Assembly: GCF_024521635.1 (NCBI RefSeq)
Contig: NW_026250403.1
Span: forward strand, 744,001-808,000
Direction: 5' to 3'
From: Tricharina praecox
Taxonomy: Eukaryota
DNA: 64,000 nucleotides
Under the pieces are notes generated by a model, which was not told the origin of the DNA, made no database searches, and worked only from the letters and a program-made list of their open reading frames with translations. Below, piece after piece: positions 11,824 to 25,118 of this stretch. The translations under genes were made by a program, and so were the position numbers. How positions within the stretch are numbered: position 1 is the first letter of the stretch; each line of letters opens with the position of its first letter.

Positions 11824-14800
11824 TGTGCGCGTAACGAAGACTGGGGGGAGGTTGCGTATATATCCAGGTATGTGGAGCCGTGCTGGGCACGAACTGGACG
11901 TGTAAGGAATTACAGAGTTTTTTGCGACTACAAGCGCAGGATACGCAGGAAGACCATACGAGAGAGAAAACAGGAAGTGCAAGAAACGAGAGGAGGAGGA
12001 GGTAAGGTAAGACAGGGAGGGGGGGAAACGAATGACAGAGACCGAATCAAAGCAGACAAGAACAAAGCCGCCCTTTTTTTTCTTCTCCCACTGAGGGGGC
12101 TTTGACAGGCCGTGACCGAAGGCGAGGGGGGATTCGAAGGGGGGTCTGGAGCCAAAGAACGAATGGCAGGCGGAGTGTGCAGAGTAGCAGGTAGAAGTCT
12201 GATAGGTGAGTTATCCACGATCAGACAACAACGCACAGGTCAGCCCGGTGGTGTTGGCGGCAGGATGCGGAATGGCGGGCTGGCAAGGAGACGCTTCTCG
12301 ACAGACTTTTCGAGCGGAACGGGCGAGGGGGGGATATGGGGGAAGGGAAACAGAAACGGAAGAAAGCAGAACAACGCGAGAAAACAGAAGAATAGAGGGA
12401 GAGAAAGAGAGGGGGACGAGGAGTGAGCGGCGACTACATACTAGTAGAGTCGAGTTGAATGGTAGCTTGGTATTGCATGATCGAGACGAGCACTCTACTA
12501 GTATTTGGTAGAGCGATGGGTTATTTGACACTTGCTGAGCTCCCACCTACATATGAGTTACCCCAGCACATAACCAATTAACTAGGTATCTAGATAGATT
12601 CTTACCTACGTCCTTACTCTACAGACCATCAAAGGTCTTCCGACTTCATTCGGGGACTGCATGTATGTAGGGAGTCCATGCGTGTGCTCGTACTAACCAA
12701 CCAACTGTTGCCTACTTTAACCATCGCGAGAGTGTACAGTGGAATCGGCCCGCCGACGCCACCAGCGGTTCGAGTCTAGTGCGAGACCAAGTGCGGGCGT
12801 CCGTGTGTCTCTCGGTGCGTGTGGGAGATGCTGTGATCCGTGCCGTACGCAGGGTGATTAGGTACCGGGTACTGGGTAGAGTAGGTATAAGAAAAGAGGA
12901 AGAAGAAGAAGAAGAAAGTCGAAATCCTCGTCCACGAAGGATGAAAGAAAACGTTGTGGGAGATGTCTGGATGGGATGGATGGAATGCAAACTCAAGTTT
13001 GTATGTAGCGGACGTCCTTTTTCCAGTCTACAATCATACTACCACGTGAAAGGCATAATTATACATGCCGTATCTACATACCTACTCCAGATGACAACAC
13101 ATATTTACATATGTAGAGGTAGTATACCTAGTACTAGGTAGTACACGGATGGTCTCCGTGGTTCCTTCTTCCCACGAAGGAGCTCGGGGACGAACGTGCG
13201 GAGAGCACAGTGGAGGGAGGACCGTCCGAATGCCGTGTAGGTAAATACTTGAGTATATGTGCTACATACGGCATGTAGAACCCAAGTCTTGCCCCTAAAC
13301 ACTGGGCAGTTTCGATGCACTTTGTGCTGGCGGACAGGCGGCGGCGGCGGTGAGGCGGCGAGGCGAGGCGGCGAGGCGGCGAGGCACCGTTGCCCAACTG
13401 CGCATGCATTGCAGCCCGAAGATTCGTGCGGTGGGATGACGGACATTCAATACGATGTAGTACCGTATACTACCTGGATATAACTACTATAAATTCTAGG
13501 TAGTAACTAAAGCCGGGCTGAAGGGCTGAAGGAAGATGGTGGATCCACTCATCGAGTTCTATGGGTGAATAGCCTAGGTAGGTAGGTAGATAGAGGGCGT
13601 ACTATACGTACGTGCCTGGCAAGGCATCACGATAATCCTTAGGCTATGAGTGCTGATAAACAAAAGAACATCTGGTTACCGGGCAGCGAACAGCGAGACA
13701 ACATTCCTTTGATGCTGACGAGTACATTATGTAGGTAAATATTTACTTGGGTACATGAATCCCTGGTTCGGTATAGTACTCTGTTGACTGCCTTGTGTGT
13801 AACTAAGAGCAAGTAGGTACTCTGGACACATCATAGTCGTCAGCTTCCGTTCGAACCGATCACAAACAGACGACTCAACAGCCGAGAAACCCCCCAGCCG
13901 CTCCGCTGTCCGCTATTTACTTGCGTCTTGGGAACCGGATATACTTACTTTGGTACCAGTAATTTCGAGGCGACCTTGGCGCCATGCCCCAAGTCGGGTC
14001 CGCCTTTTTTTTGTGGATATTCAGGAGAAGCTGTGACGCTGCTGTTCGCCGAGGACAGACGCCACTGCACTGGCTTTCACCGGCACAGTACATACAAAGT
14101 ACTTGCACCGTGGGCCTGGCGCAAAAAGAGAAGAAAAAAGAGAAGAAAAAAAAGGCATCCCTAACTCCTCTATATTGGCCACAAGGAAATGGACGCCTAC
14201 TAATATGTACTCTGTGCTATATGCAGTACCTACCGCCGGTCCGCCGTAGCTGACCCCACTATTTTTACTCTCCTCTCTGGGGCCTCTTAGCCGCCCGAAA
14301 GGCTTGATGGCGCTATGCAACTGTACTGTACTCCGCTACCATTACAGTGCATCACAGGAATCAACTTTATTCACATGACTGGAGTAGAGGCACCACTTCC
14401 AGCTCGTTTGTTTGGTGAATTGCTATAGGTAATTACATGCATAATAGCTCTTCGGAAATTCACCACGGGACTTTGACAGCATTTCAGGTTGGCCGGCGGA
14501 GAGTTTTGTGAGCCATTGCAATTGCCAGAAATCTTATCGGCCGTATTATTGTATGGCAGCCCCTTTGCACTGCAGTACATCCCTCCTACAAAATGTCTCT
14601 CCTTCAGCTTACAACCGGTCTCGGTGAATTGCGCAGGTACATTCTCCCTCCGATTCTGTGTTCCTCGAGCTCCCCTGCGGCGATCAAGCTTTTTTAAGCC
14701 TCACTCGCTTATCTTGTTGAATCCCCAAATTGTTCCCGCAGCGCTTACCAGAGCCGAGGACTCGATGCAAACACGTAGATGCTTCTGGACGACTACTAGG

Positions 14801-14914
14801 TAAGTGCCCATCCTCTCCGGGCGCCGAAAGCCGATTGGATTCGACGGCGAGGCCCTTAATCTCCTCATCGAGGCTATTATGCTATTATCGTGGCACAGAG
14901 TGCTGTAACTAACC

Positions 14915-14937
14915 TTCTCCCCCCCCTCTCCCCCCCC

Positions 14938-14994
<57 letters not shown>

Positions 14995-15004
14995 TCCCTC
15001 TCCC
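14915..15004. repeat. (CT)n / polypyrimidine microsatellite
   Basis: Direct reading of ctctctct... tract. Confidence 0.95.
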
Positions 15005-15917
15005 TTTCGATAGCCAGCTTATGCTACATACTTCTATGAGTTACCGGTTAGTAACATCCGTCCGGCGTCCGGTGCATACTATATGTACTTACTCGAGCTC
15101 CCAGGTCCTACATGTGAGCATGTACGTAGTACTCCGTCACATCCCAACCCGACCACAGCAAGCACGCAATAAAGCGGTGATATACCTTTACTATTGCTTG
15201 CCTGCCGAGGTGTAACGGACGAAACTACCGCTCTATGTGTGCAAGACTCTCTCTCGCCCACCTACCGTACCGTATGAATCCACCCCACCGCGTGCGCACG
15301 GGTACCGGTATGGACCTTTGATCAACCAACAAAAAACAAAAACAACACACTCCCGAGCAGGCCGACTGGATGGGAGAAAAACACGGCTCCTCTACCTACT
15401 GTCCCACCCCTCAGCTCGGTGGTTGAGTCAGCGGAGTTGTGCCGTGAGTCTGTCTTGCGGGGGGAACGGAAAGTGGATACTTGCTTAGACGATCCCACCC
15501 TTATTACGGTGGGGGTGGCGGCATCCTTCGCCTTCCGGAGCGGCCCCGAAAGACTTGCGTGCAGTTCCCTGGTTCAGCGCAGATCACAGGTAAGTACTTG
15601 TTAGCGGCCCTTCCCCCGCGCCTGGCCCGTGGACGATGATACCGGTATGTATGTAGTGATGGTGGGGTGGCGGCCTAGACTAAACACCCCGATGTATCCA
15701 ACACGAGTGAGATACGCGATCTGAATGGAACTATTGGCTACGGCGGGTCGCTATAGGTTGGTCTCTCTCCGTATGTGTGTGTGTGTTGGATTTAATGACC
15801 TCGACAGGAGGATGAGATGAATCGAATTGGGTGGGATATTTCGTGAGTCCGAGTGATTTTTGATGTCTAACTAACAACCGCTAGGATGTAGATTGAAGCA
15901 TGGAGCACTGCGACAAT

Positions 15918-15996
15918 ATGCTTGCACTTTGACGATCACGGACCGACCAATTCCATGCTTGCACACTGACGATCACGGACCGAAGGATTTCATGCT
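15918..15996. repeat. 37-bp imperfect tandem duplication
   Basis: ATGCTTGCACTTTGACGATCACGGACCGACCAATTCC / ATGCTTGCACACTGACGATCACGGACCGAAGGATTTC, 31/37 identical. Confidence 0.85.
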
Positions 15997-17821
15997 CGGT
16001 AGGCTGGTTTTCCCCCTCTAATTCTTACGTGATCGATCCGAACTCACAATGATCCTGAAGGTCCCTGTTCTTCTGCAACCCGATCCGCCGCAAACCCAGG
16101 GATTGACTGACAGTATGACGTTGGTCATGGAGTCCATCACTGAGCGTTTCACAGCGTTACATACACGACTACATACATACAAGCCCCCTCAGAAAACGGA
16201 GTTGAGCTCCCGCGTAATGGTACGCTCATCGCCTGGCAACATGGATTTTCTAACCAATTTTGATCGGCCGAAACAACAAACCAACACAAACGCCACCCAC
16301 CCGCCCCCCTATGTACTATCTAGGGTCTTGATCAACTTTCAAGAGCTCAGCTTCGTTTAGCATGCCCAAAGGGCCAAGGCTACACCACGCACCTCGCCGT
16401 GTGCGTGCTGATCTTGCCTAACCAGCCGCAGTGCGGGAATACACTGCATACATTCCTACATCCGCTCCGTCATCTGCGTAATGAACCGTCATTGCCGTGT
16501 GCTGCCCAAGTATAGTACATATTTATGTACGTGCAGCTGTCGCCAAGCTGTTGGTTGAGCGGAACGAGGGCTTCCCGGCGTCGCGGTTAAGTAACAGCTC
16601 ACCCTGCCTTTGTGCATAGAGCTAATAGTTACTTCGAGTACCTGGGTAAATACCTACCAGGAGTACCTTCAATATCAAGTGACATCGGTAACCCACATGA
16701 ACTCTTCTGTACTGTACTAGGTATGCATTCCTACCTTCTATGCATCAAACCGTAGCTTACTCTACATCTCAACCCAGGCGGCGAGGCCACAAGCTTCAAG
16801 CTCGCGTCCAGTTTCCCATCATATCGACGGAGATGCATTATCCTATCGTGCACCTGATCAAACGATATCTAGGAGAATTGATATCGCGCATCAAAGCGCG
16901 TTACTAGTACTCGTACCCGTACTCGTAGTACACACGCTCGAGCACGAACACGAACGGAAACGGATATATGGAGGACAATCTTGGGTGGCTCAGTCACTGG
17001 GCCACTACGCTGCTGCTGCTTGAGAGCCATGATCTTCTCGCATGGATACATAGGATCTCCGGCCGTCCGATTACCTAGTTATGCATACTGGATTTCCATG
17101 CACAGAATTCCAACAACTGGAACTGCGCCCTCCTCCTCCTCTCTGTCCCCTCGCGTACATCTACAGGCGTGAAACGTCTCAAGTGCGATCACAGCCTGTC
17201 ACTCGCCACACAAATACAAGCGCCAGGGCATAGGGAGTCAGGGAGTCAGGGGAATTTTCCCCAGGTTATGTACGATAACCAGGACCCTGGGTTTCACAAC
17301 CATACAATTCCTCCCGGATCTTGCGGACACGGGAGTCGATTGAAACTGCTTGACGGCACCCCTCGATACCGGTTTCAACTCTCAACCGCTGTCTTCTTGC
17401 ATACGGTAACAGTATCGTGATGCTGCTGCGACACGGTACGGCACAACCCCCGCGTCATATGGAGGACTTATCTGACATCTCAAGACGATCTCATGACGAT
17501 TTCAAGATGTTGAACCCCTCTGCCCCCCCACTCTCTAAAGTCCGTCCTGCCTCTCCCGTTTCCTCTTCCCTCCATATTCTTTTCATTACATCATTTTCCA
17601 TAGCACAGGTTGCTGGATATTTTTTTTCAACGAGTTTCCTTTTTGTTTCTTGAACTTTTCCACTTGCTTCTACACACTCTAATCACACGAACGGCCGGAC
17701 CCGACGAATATACGACCAAACCATTCGATAATATCTCCGTGAAGGCAAATCTTGAGATAGGACCTCTATTGTATTGTATAATTTTCCTCGCCGGAAGAGA
17801 CGAACCAAACGAATTAGCACC

Positions 17822-18987
17822 ATGACATCCACCAACAGCTCAGACCCGTCCAGCGTCATAGCCAACGGCACCGCCCAGCTCGTCCCAAACGTATTCTCGC
17901 AGCTGCGGCTCGGCCGAACGTCGGCTATCTCGAATGCAGCGCAGTTCCTCCTCGTGGCGGCGATGGTGTCGTCGATACTCCGGGTGCTATCGCGGCGGAG
18001 GGCAAAAGCTCAGTTCAAGCTGGACGATGTGTGTGCTGTTGTCGCGGCCGTGCTCCTGCTCGCGAACACCGTCATCTGTGTCGAGTTCCACTATCTGGGC
18101 ATGGCCAGCTTCTCGTTCAATGGGGCGTCCACGCCAGAGAGAGAGGCAGAGAGGCAGACGAAGGTCGTCGAGGCGTTCAAGTTGAGCTTTGCGTTTGAAG
18201 TGTTGTATCTTCTCAGGTATGTACATGCGCCATACCGTGATAGTAGCGTGCGCATTGCTGATGACCGCGCAGCATATTCCTGGTGAAATTCAGCATGCTC
18301 TTCCTCTACTCGCGCTTCGCACACCAAACGAAAGGCATCCTCCTGTACCTGCGGATCACGCAGGGGATCTGTGCGGCTACGTTTATCGTCTGCATCCTCT
18401 CGCTCTTCCTCAGCTGCAACCCGATAAGCAACTACTGGAGCGTCACGCCGTCCTCGTACCACTGCATGCACCGCACACTCCTCACCTACGCCTCAGGGAT
18501 CAGCAATATCGTAACCAACACGCTCGTACTCCTCGTGCCTATCCCGCTACTACTACGGATCACACTCACGCGCTCCCAGAAGATCGGACTATCGATCCTA
18601 TACTTCTTCGGCGCGTCGGTGATCCTCACCTCGGCGCTGCGGTTCGTCACGCAGCTGCTAAACGTGAGCAATCAGCAGGCGATGGGATGGTCGCAGATGG
18701 AGGTTTCTCTGGCACTGCTGCTGGCTAGCGCGCCGATGGCTATCAAGTTGCTTTTCCTCCCGTTGCTTGACGTCGACACAGAACGTGAGGAGATACTGAA
18801 CGCTAGGAGGGGCGCGCCCTCCGCTGATCTGGATACGCCCACGTTCATGAAGAAGCTGATGGGGGAGCGCGACGCGTTGGAGGGCGGGAGGAGTCCGTGG
18901 CTGGTATGTTTTTTTGCCCTTCTCTCTCTTGTAACACGCTAACAGCTGCAAAAGGTCAGGCCTATGTCCCCCGCAATACTGGTCTAA
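17822..18987 (+). CDS. PTH11-like (fungal rhodopsin-domain) integral membrane protein without CFEM; introns ~18217-18272, ~18904-18954
   Basis: Seven hydrophobic segments; LRV..R..FKLDD, VKFSMLFLYSRF, FLSCNPISNYW, NIVTN..LLVPIPLL.RI..QKI, WSQMEVSLALLLASAP. Confidence 0.8.
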
Positions 18988-19572
18988 AGGGAGAGGAAAA
19001 GCTTATGATTGATATGTCATGATGGAGGTGTGGTAATTCGGGGAGGGACACAAGCAGATACCACCCAGGGAATCCCCTGACCCAGCAAGGTCCGGGTAGA
19101 TGATCTAGGTAGTAGAAGTAGTTTGCATGTATGAGCGCAAATAGAAGTTCGTGTGCCGATAGGCCCGATACATATAATGGCTGGCAGCTACGTTTAGTAG
19201 ATATTCGCTCCGGGACGCTTTCCGAGTGAGAGTTCCGTAGAATCTCAGCCCCGTGGACGGGGGTCCTTGAAATATTTGGATACTGGTTCGTAACGCTCTA
19301 TCTCAAAACCACCGGTGGCTACAGGTGTCATTGCTATTTCCAGCTAGAGCAATTTAGGTCGTGGATTCGTGGACCGAGTGAGCACGCATGATCGTTCCAA
19401 GTGCAATGATTCCTTCCAAGCTCTATTAATCCAAGCAGGTTTCTGTTGAGCGGGCACACTCATTCATCTGGAAGCGATAGTTCATGCCACAAAATCAGAT
19501 TGGTATATATCCGCTATATAAAGTAGATGTCCGCTACATAAGACTCATCGGCCCTCCACTCCAAAACCCCCC

Positions 19573-20627
19573 TTAAATCCCCGCCCCACCCGTAACCTCC
19601 AAACAATGCCCACTGACATAAGCACTTAGCGGACTAGCGAGCATAAGAATACTCATTGCGGCCTCGTTGGCGGTGCCGGCCCTCCGCAGCGGCACCATAG
19701 CGAACCCCTCCGCGCCGCGCTGCTGCGCCTTCGGTATGCCGAGCGCGATCTTTTCGCCGCCCACTTCGGCGAAGGCGCCGGATTCCTTCTCTGCTGTGAG
19801 GCGGGTGGTCTGGGTGTGTTAGCTGGTGGCTGCTGGTCTGGGGGAAAGGGGTGGGGAGGGGGGGGACGTACTACGCTCCCGAACGCTACGGCATTGCATC
19901 GCACCCCGAACGAGGGACCCCACTCCTTCGCGATCGTTTTGGTCAGTCCGAGGATGCCCATTTTCGCGGTGGCGTAGTTCGCCTGGCCGCTGTATTCGCT
20001 CGTCAGTCTCCGCTCCTAGCACCTTCGGGCGGCAGAAAGAAACGTACGCATTCCCGTGAATCCCACTGGTAGATGAGACGTTAGTGATACTCCGTGGCTC
20101 GCCGTCCTTGACACGGAAATACGGCGCCGCCGCGCGCACAAGCCGGAACGGTGCCTTCGTGTGCAGGTCCATGATCATGTCCCACTGCTTATCGGTCGTT
20201 TTGTGGATTACGCCGTCCCATGTGAAGCCGGCCTATGCTCCCCCTCCATCAGCCCCCTTCCCCCTCCCCCCTCCTCCCATCAGAACCCAGAAAAACTCAC
20301 ATTATTAACAATATGATGTATCTTTCCCTCGCCTAACTGCACCGCCGCATTAACCACGGCGTCAATCGTCGCCTGCAACATGATATCGCCGGCCACAGCG
20401 ACGGCCTTCCCGCCGGCAGCGGTGATCGCTGCCGCGACCTCGCGCGCCTTCGTCTCGTCCAGGTCTGCGACTACCACCCGTGCACCCTCCTTTGCGAACA
20501 GCAGTGCCGTCGCTGCCCCGATTCCCTGGCCCGCGCCGGTAATGATTGCGGTTTGGTCGGCCAGAAGGCCAGCAGGGAAGGTTGAGGTAAGGTGCCCCGT
20601 CACGAGAGAGAGGCGGTCGGCTGCCAT
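19573..20627 (-). CDS. Short-chain dehydrogenase/reductase (3-oxoacyl-reductase-like) with N-terminal PTS2; 4 exons
   Basis: TGAGQGIG (TGxxxGxG), VNNAGFTWDG, NVSSTSG, NYATAK (YxxxK), GVRCNAVAFG, YVSGHCLEVTGG; N-terminal RLSLVTGHL. Confidence 0.88.
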
Positions 20628-21129
20628 TGTGGGTTTTTTCGTGGTGGAGGTGGGTAGGTATAGGTGGTATATGGGGCGAGCAAGGGGACTGGGAGTGCGA
20701 GAGGACGTTTATATATATATACGGGGAGGGGAGGGACACTTTCGCATCCACGGCCAAGACTCAAGGCTATCTACGGCTCCAGAATCTGGGGATGCAGGCT
20801 CTCGCGTCTACCGAGCCGAGGCTTAACAACCGTCTCGGTAAATGCTGGTGGTGGTACCGTAGTGGTGCTGCGATCCTTGCTTTCATCAACTCCAGGCTTC
20901 GCGGGTCGTCAACTGCTCCTACATATCGCTGCCTACAGAAACTCATGGCCATAATAAGTCCAGTACATCTTGGTTGGCAACAACATACAAACCCCCCTCC
21001 CCCCACCAAATCCCTCCCTCCCCAAATCCACCACCTCCACCACCTCCATCCCCACCATCCCGCAACCCCATAAAAAGTAGCCATCATGAAGACATCATCA
21101 TATCATCGTCGCCCGTTCTCATTCCCATT

Positions 21130-21174
21130 CCCATCCAGCCCATCCAGCCCATCCAGCCCATCCAGCCCATCCAG
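21130..21174. repeat. (CCCATCCAG)x5 tandem repeat
   Basis: Direct reading. Confidence 0.9.
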
Positions 21175-21956
21175 CCCGCCTCGCCCACCCCCAAACCTAG
21201 GATACAAAGAACCCAAACACCCCAAGAACACTGACCCACGAAAGGAGAGAAGAGAAGAGAAGAGAAGCGATTACACACACGACACATTTCCCACATCGCA
21301 TTGATTCTCGTCATGAGTTAGGTAGGTTCCCCGTCCGTGTAAAGCAGCCCATAGAAAGTAGAAAGTAAGAAAGCAAGAAAAACAAAAAACACCCCTTTTT
21401 TTGGCTTTTGAAAAAAACAAAAAGATATACACCCCGCCCCGCCATCCCGTTAGGAAATCCGAATAGATCCGAATAGAGAGAGAGAAAGAAGAAGAAAAAG
21501 ATGGAATTCAGAAAACCTAGCACCGAAACCTGCCCTAATTTCAACCGTGAGAAGATGATGAGAACGCAGTAGAAAGGATGCGAATGAAAAAACAACCCAC
21601 AACCCCACACTGGAACGAACAAAAAATCAACAGAAGACGGGAAGCAACTGGAACGCAAACCGTACAGAGTAAACCAGTAGTAGTAAAGGTGAACGGAACC
21701 CAAACCCTAGAACTTGACAACGAAACCCGAGAGAACAAAAGAAATGAAAGCCCCAGTAGCCAAACCGCAACGAGGAAGAAAGAGAAATGAAAAAAGAAAC
21801 AGGAAAAAAACAAGACCCAAACCCTCACAGCCTCAACACCGCCGACCCTCAGCCCAGACCCATTTCATACGTACATGAGTAACAAAATGAGCATTTCAAT
21901 GTGATCAAGAGAAAGAAAAAAGTCATCCTACTGGCAAAACTAGACATCCCGTCCAT

Positions 21957-24900
21957 TTAGTGCCCAGAGCTGTACCATCCCGTACCGGAGTTGGCTCCCG
22001 CATGTCTAGCACTGCCCTGCGAGTACTGATTAGGGTGAGCTCCGGAGTACATGGAGTAATGGCTCGCGGACTGTCCCTGAGCGTAGCCACTCTGCTGTCC
22101 CTGATGCGCGCCGTAGAGTCCGGGGTTCAAGTGAGATCCGTACATGGCAGCCGGGTTCTGACCTCCCTGCTGCGCTCCGAGAGCAACGCCGCCGCTAGTC
22201 GCCGATCCGGGACGTCCAGGCTGACCCTGAAGTGAAGGAGTAGACGAAGGGCCCGTAGGAGGCTTGTTTTCGCCAAACTTCATGTCATCGTTTTGCGGCT
22301 GGCCAACCTGCTGCTGCTGTCCGACGGACGAACCGCCGAGAGGCTGCTGCTCCTGTGGAAGGCCTCCCCGCGATCCAAGGAAGTTGGGGATACCATTGCC
22401 ATAACCACCCGCGGTGGAATGTTGGGGCAGCGACTGCTGAGCTGCACTCGTGTTCATCCGGCTATAGTCGGCAATACCGGCCATCGAGTCACGTCCTTGG
22501 GTAGGTGACGCGAATCCACCGAGTCCGGCAGGAGACGATGAGTGATCCGGGTACTGCTGGGAAGGCATGAATTGCGGGTAGCCATACATGTTCTTGGCGA
22601 AGGAATTGGGCTGCGTGTAGAAATTCTCCACTCATCTTAGCAAAAGATCATAAACGTGAACGGATAAGGCTTACCTGGTGCATGAACTGGTGGTAGTAGG
22701 GATGGAATGGCTGCTGCATAGGATATTGTCCCATGCCCTGCTGATGCTGCGAAGTCTGGACAGGGGCAGGACTGGGGGTGGCGTGGCCGCTGCCCTGATC
22801 ACCCGTTGGAGCTCCGTACCGCGAATTCGGCTGCTGAACCTGGCCGGCGGCAGAGGTTGGCGCCTGAGCCGACGATTCTACAGCTCCACCCAAGCCACTG
22901 GACGCCCGTTGCTGCGAGGCACCAGCTTCCTGCTGTGCGTGGGCTTGAGCCTGCATGTAGCTGGAGTTACCGTAGATCCCAAATCCGGGAGGTTGCGACC
23001 GATCCGTGTAGTAGTTGTGGTACTGCTGCTCTTGCGCCGATGTGGCCCCAATGCCTAGGTGCGATGGCTGCTGCTGAGGCTGCATGTACTGGGCGTAGTT
23101 CTGCTGCTGGGTTTGCGAGTGCTGCGCCTGAGGCTGTGTAGGAGGCTGCTGCTGCTGAGCAGATTGCTGCTGCATGTGTTGAAACGAATCGAAGGACTTA
23201 GCCTGGGGCTGCTGCTGCTGTTGCTGCTGCTGCTGTAGCAGCTGCTGTTGCTGTTGCTGTTCGGTATAGCGGTTGTACTGAGCGGCCAGTTGAGGGTGGA
23301 TCTGAGGTTGAGTCATGCTCTGAGGACCCAGAGGAGGTTGAGGGCTACCCTGAGGGGCAACCTGGGGTTGGCTAGGAAGGCCTGGTGCTTGTCTCGGAGT
23401 GGTGATGGCCTCGGCAGCAGGAGCGGAGGGTTGAGGAGCATGTAATTGGGCCGGAGCAGTAGGCAAGGCGGAGGCGACCGGCTGTGCGATCGGGGAAGGC
23501 TGCTGCGGAGGCTGCGCGACGGGTTCGAGTGTCTCGACCTCATCTTCATCGTCAAGGTCGCCGTTGAGACCCATGCTGCCGAACTGAAGAGCCGTGCGAG
23601 CTACTTCTGCATGGTTTCCGGGCATCACCACACCCTCCTGCTGATCGAGGACACGGCGGAAGGCATGCCTGGGCGTACCCTTGGAAACGGGGTATTTGTT
23701 GGAGAGGACGGGAGTGGCAGCCTGCACTTTAGGAGTGGTGATGGTAGGGGTGCTATCGGGTGCAATGGAAGTTGCGACAGTGCTGGCCTGGGTCTCGGTA
23801 GGAGGGGGTGGGGCGGTATTTTCAAGCTTCTCGACATTGTCCTCCGTGAGCTCCTGAGGAGGCTCGTGTGACTCTACGGGCAGGGTCTCGGGGACCTCGG
23901 GCTCTAGCTCGGCCTTGGGTTCTTCAACGGCAGCTGGTTCTTCGTCGACGGGCGTCTCTGGGACGAGGACTTCGGGTTCTTCAACAGGTTCTTCGATGGG
24001 CTCTGTGATGAGCTCTGCGACGGGCTCGGGTTCCTTAGGAGGAGTAGGTGCCTTCTCGGGAGCTGGCTGAGGAGGGGGAGGAGGAGGAGCTGCCTTTTGG
24101 AGAGCTGGTTTGGGTGCAGGAGGGGGGACTGCCGGCTTGAGCAGACTGGTCCACAGCTTGACCGCAGGCTTCGGGGCGGCAGCTGGAACCTCGGCGGGAG
24201 CTCTCCGTGCATCTTCCTTCTTGTCGTTGCTCGCATCGGTCTGCGTCTGCCAAGCATCGCCGCCCTCGGGGGCAGAGGCAGTAGAATCGCCCCAAACGTT
24301 AGGAGCATCCGAGGAGCCCGGAGCCTTGAACTGCTGGCGGGGGGCACCGTTGCTGGGAGGTCCGCCACGTCCACGTCCACGTCCGCCACGGGGTTCGCTT
24401 CCGCCACGACCGCGGCCTGGGCGGGAGCCATCATACGAGGCCCTTCCACCACGACCAGGTCGCGAGGAGGGAAACGAGTCGTGCTGGGGCGAGGTAGCTG
24501 CTGGCTGTTCTTGGGCCTTGGACCGGGAGCGACCTTGGCCCTTCTTCTTGACTTCACCCCATTGGGCGGTAGAACCTATCGCAGAACAACATGACGATGT
24601 TAGATAGATGGTCCATGACGAGTTTGAGATGTAGGAAAGTGTGGGGGAAGCAAGGCTTTGATGGAAGCAAATGGGGATTGAGTCCGTGCAGCTGGGCGTG
24701 CAAGCGGGAAACGAAACGCAACGCACTTGGTAGGGTGGTTACCCCGGGGGGAGGGGGGTTAAACGAGACAAAGAGCTTAGAAGGGGACCGTACCCTCGGT
24801 GAGCTTATCAGCAGTAATCTGTAGGTCTCCGTTGTTTTCCTGCAATTCCCACAGGATATCGTCCGAGGCGAGGTTCGGGAACAACTCCTTCAGGTGCGCA

Positions 24901-25118
24901 AACTGATCGGGATATTTCCTCTTGAGCGCACCGAATTCGCCTTGATCTTCAATTGACTCGCTGTTGTCGAACGAGTTTCCGTTGAAGGTGTTGGTGTTGC
25001 GGGCAGCTCCGCGGAAGGCTCCTCGGGATGTGAATGAGCTTCCGCCGCGGCCTCGAGCCGAACCCCGTCCCCGAGTTGGAGCCGGCGAGGGGCTTGGACG
25101 TTGTTGTACTTCGGACAT
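21957..25118 (-). CDS. DEF1: RNA polymerase II degradation factor Def1-like (CUE domain, RGG, Q-rich); introns 24576-24793, 22626-22674
   Basis: MSEVQ..RGRGSARGRGG start; CUE-like LKELFP..DDILWELQENNGDL..KLTEG; QWGEVKKK; QQEGVVMPGNH..LQFGSMGL; polyQ. Confidence 0.85.

Noticed and set aside
12760..12790. tRNA-like GGTTCGAGTC...ACCA
   Set aside because: The flanks do not form a T-stem and no cloverleaf can be built.
24576..24793. Long DEF1 intron as a snoRNA host
   Set aside because: No C/D boxes and no clear H/ACA double hairpin seen.
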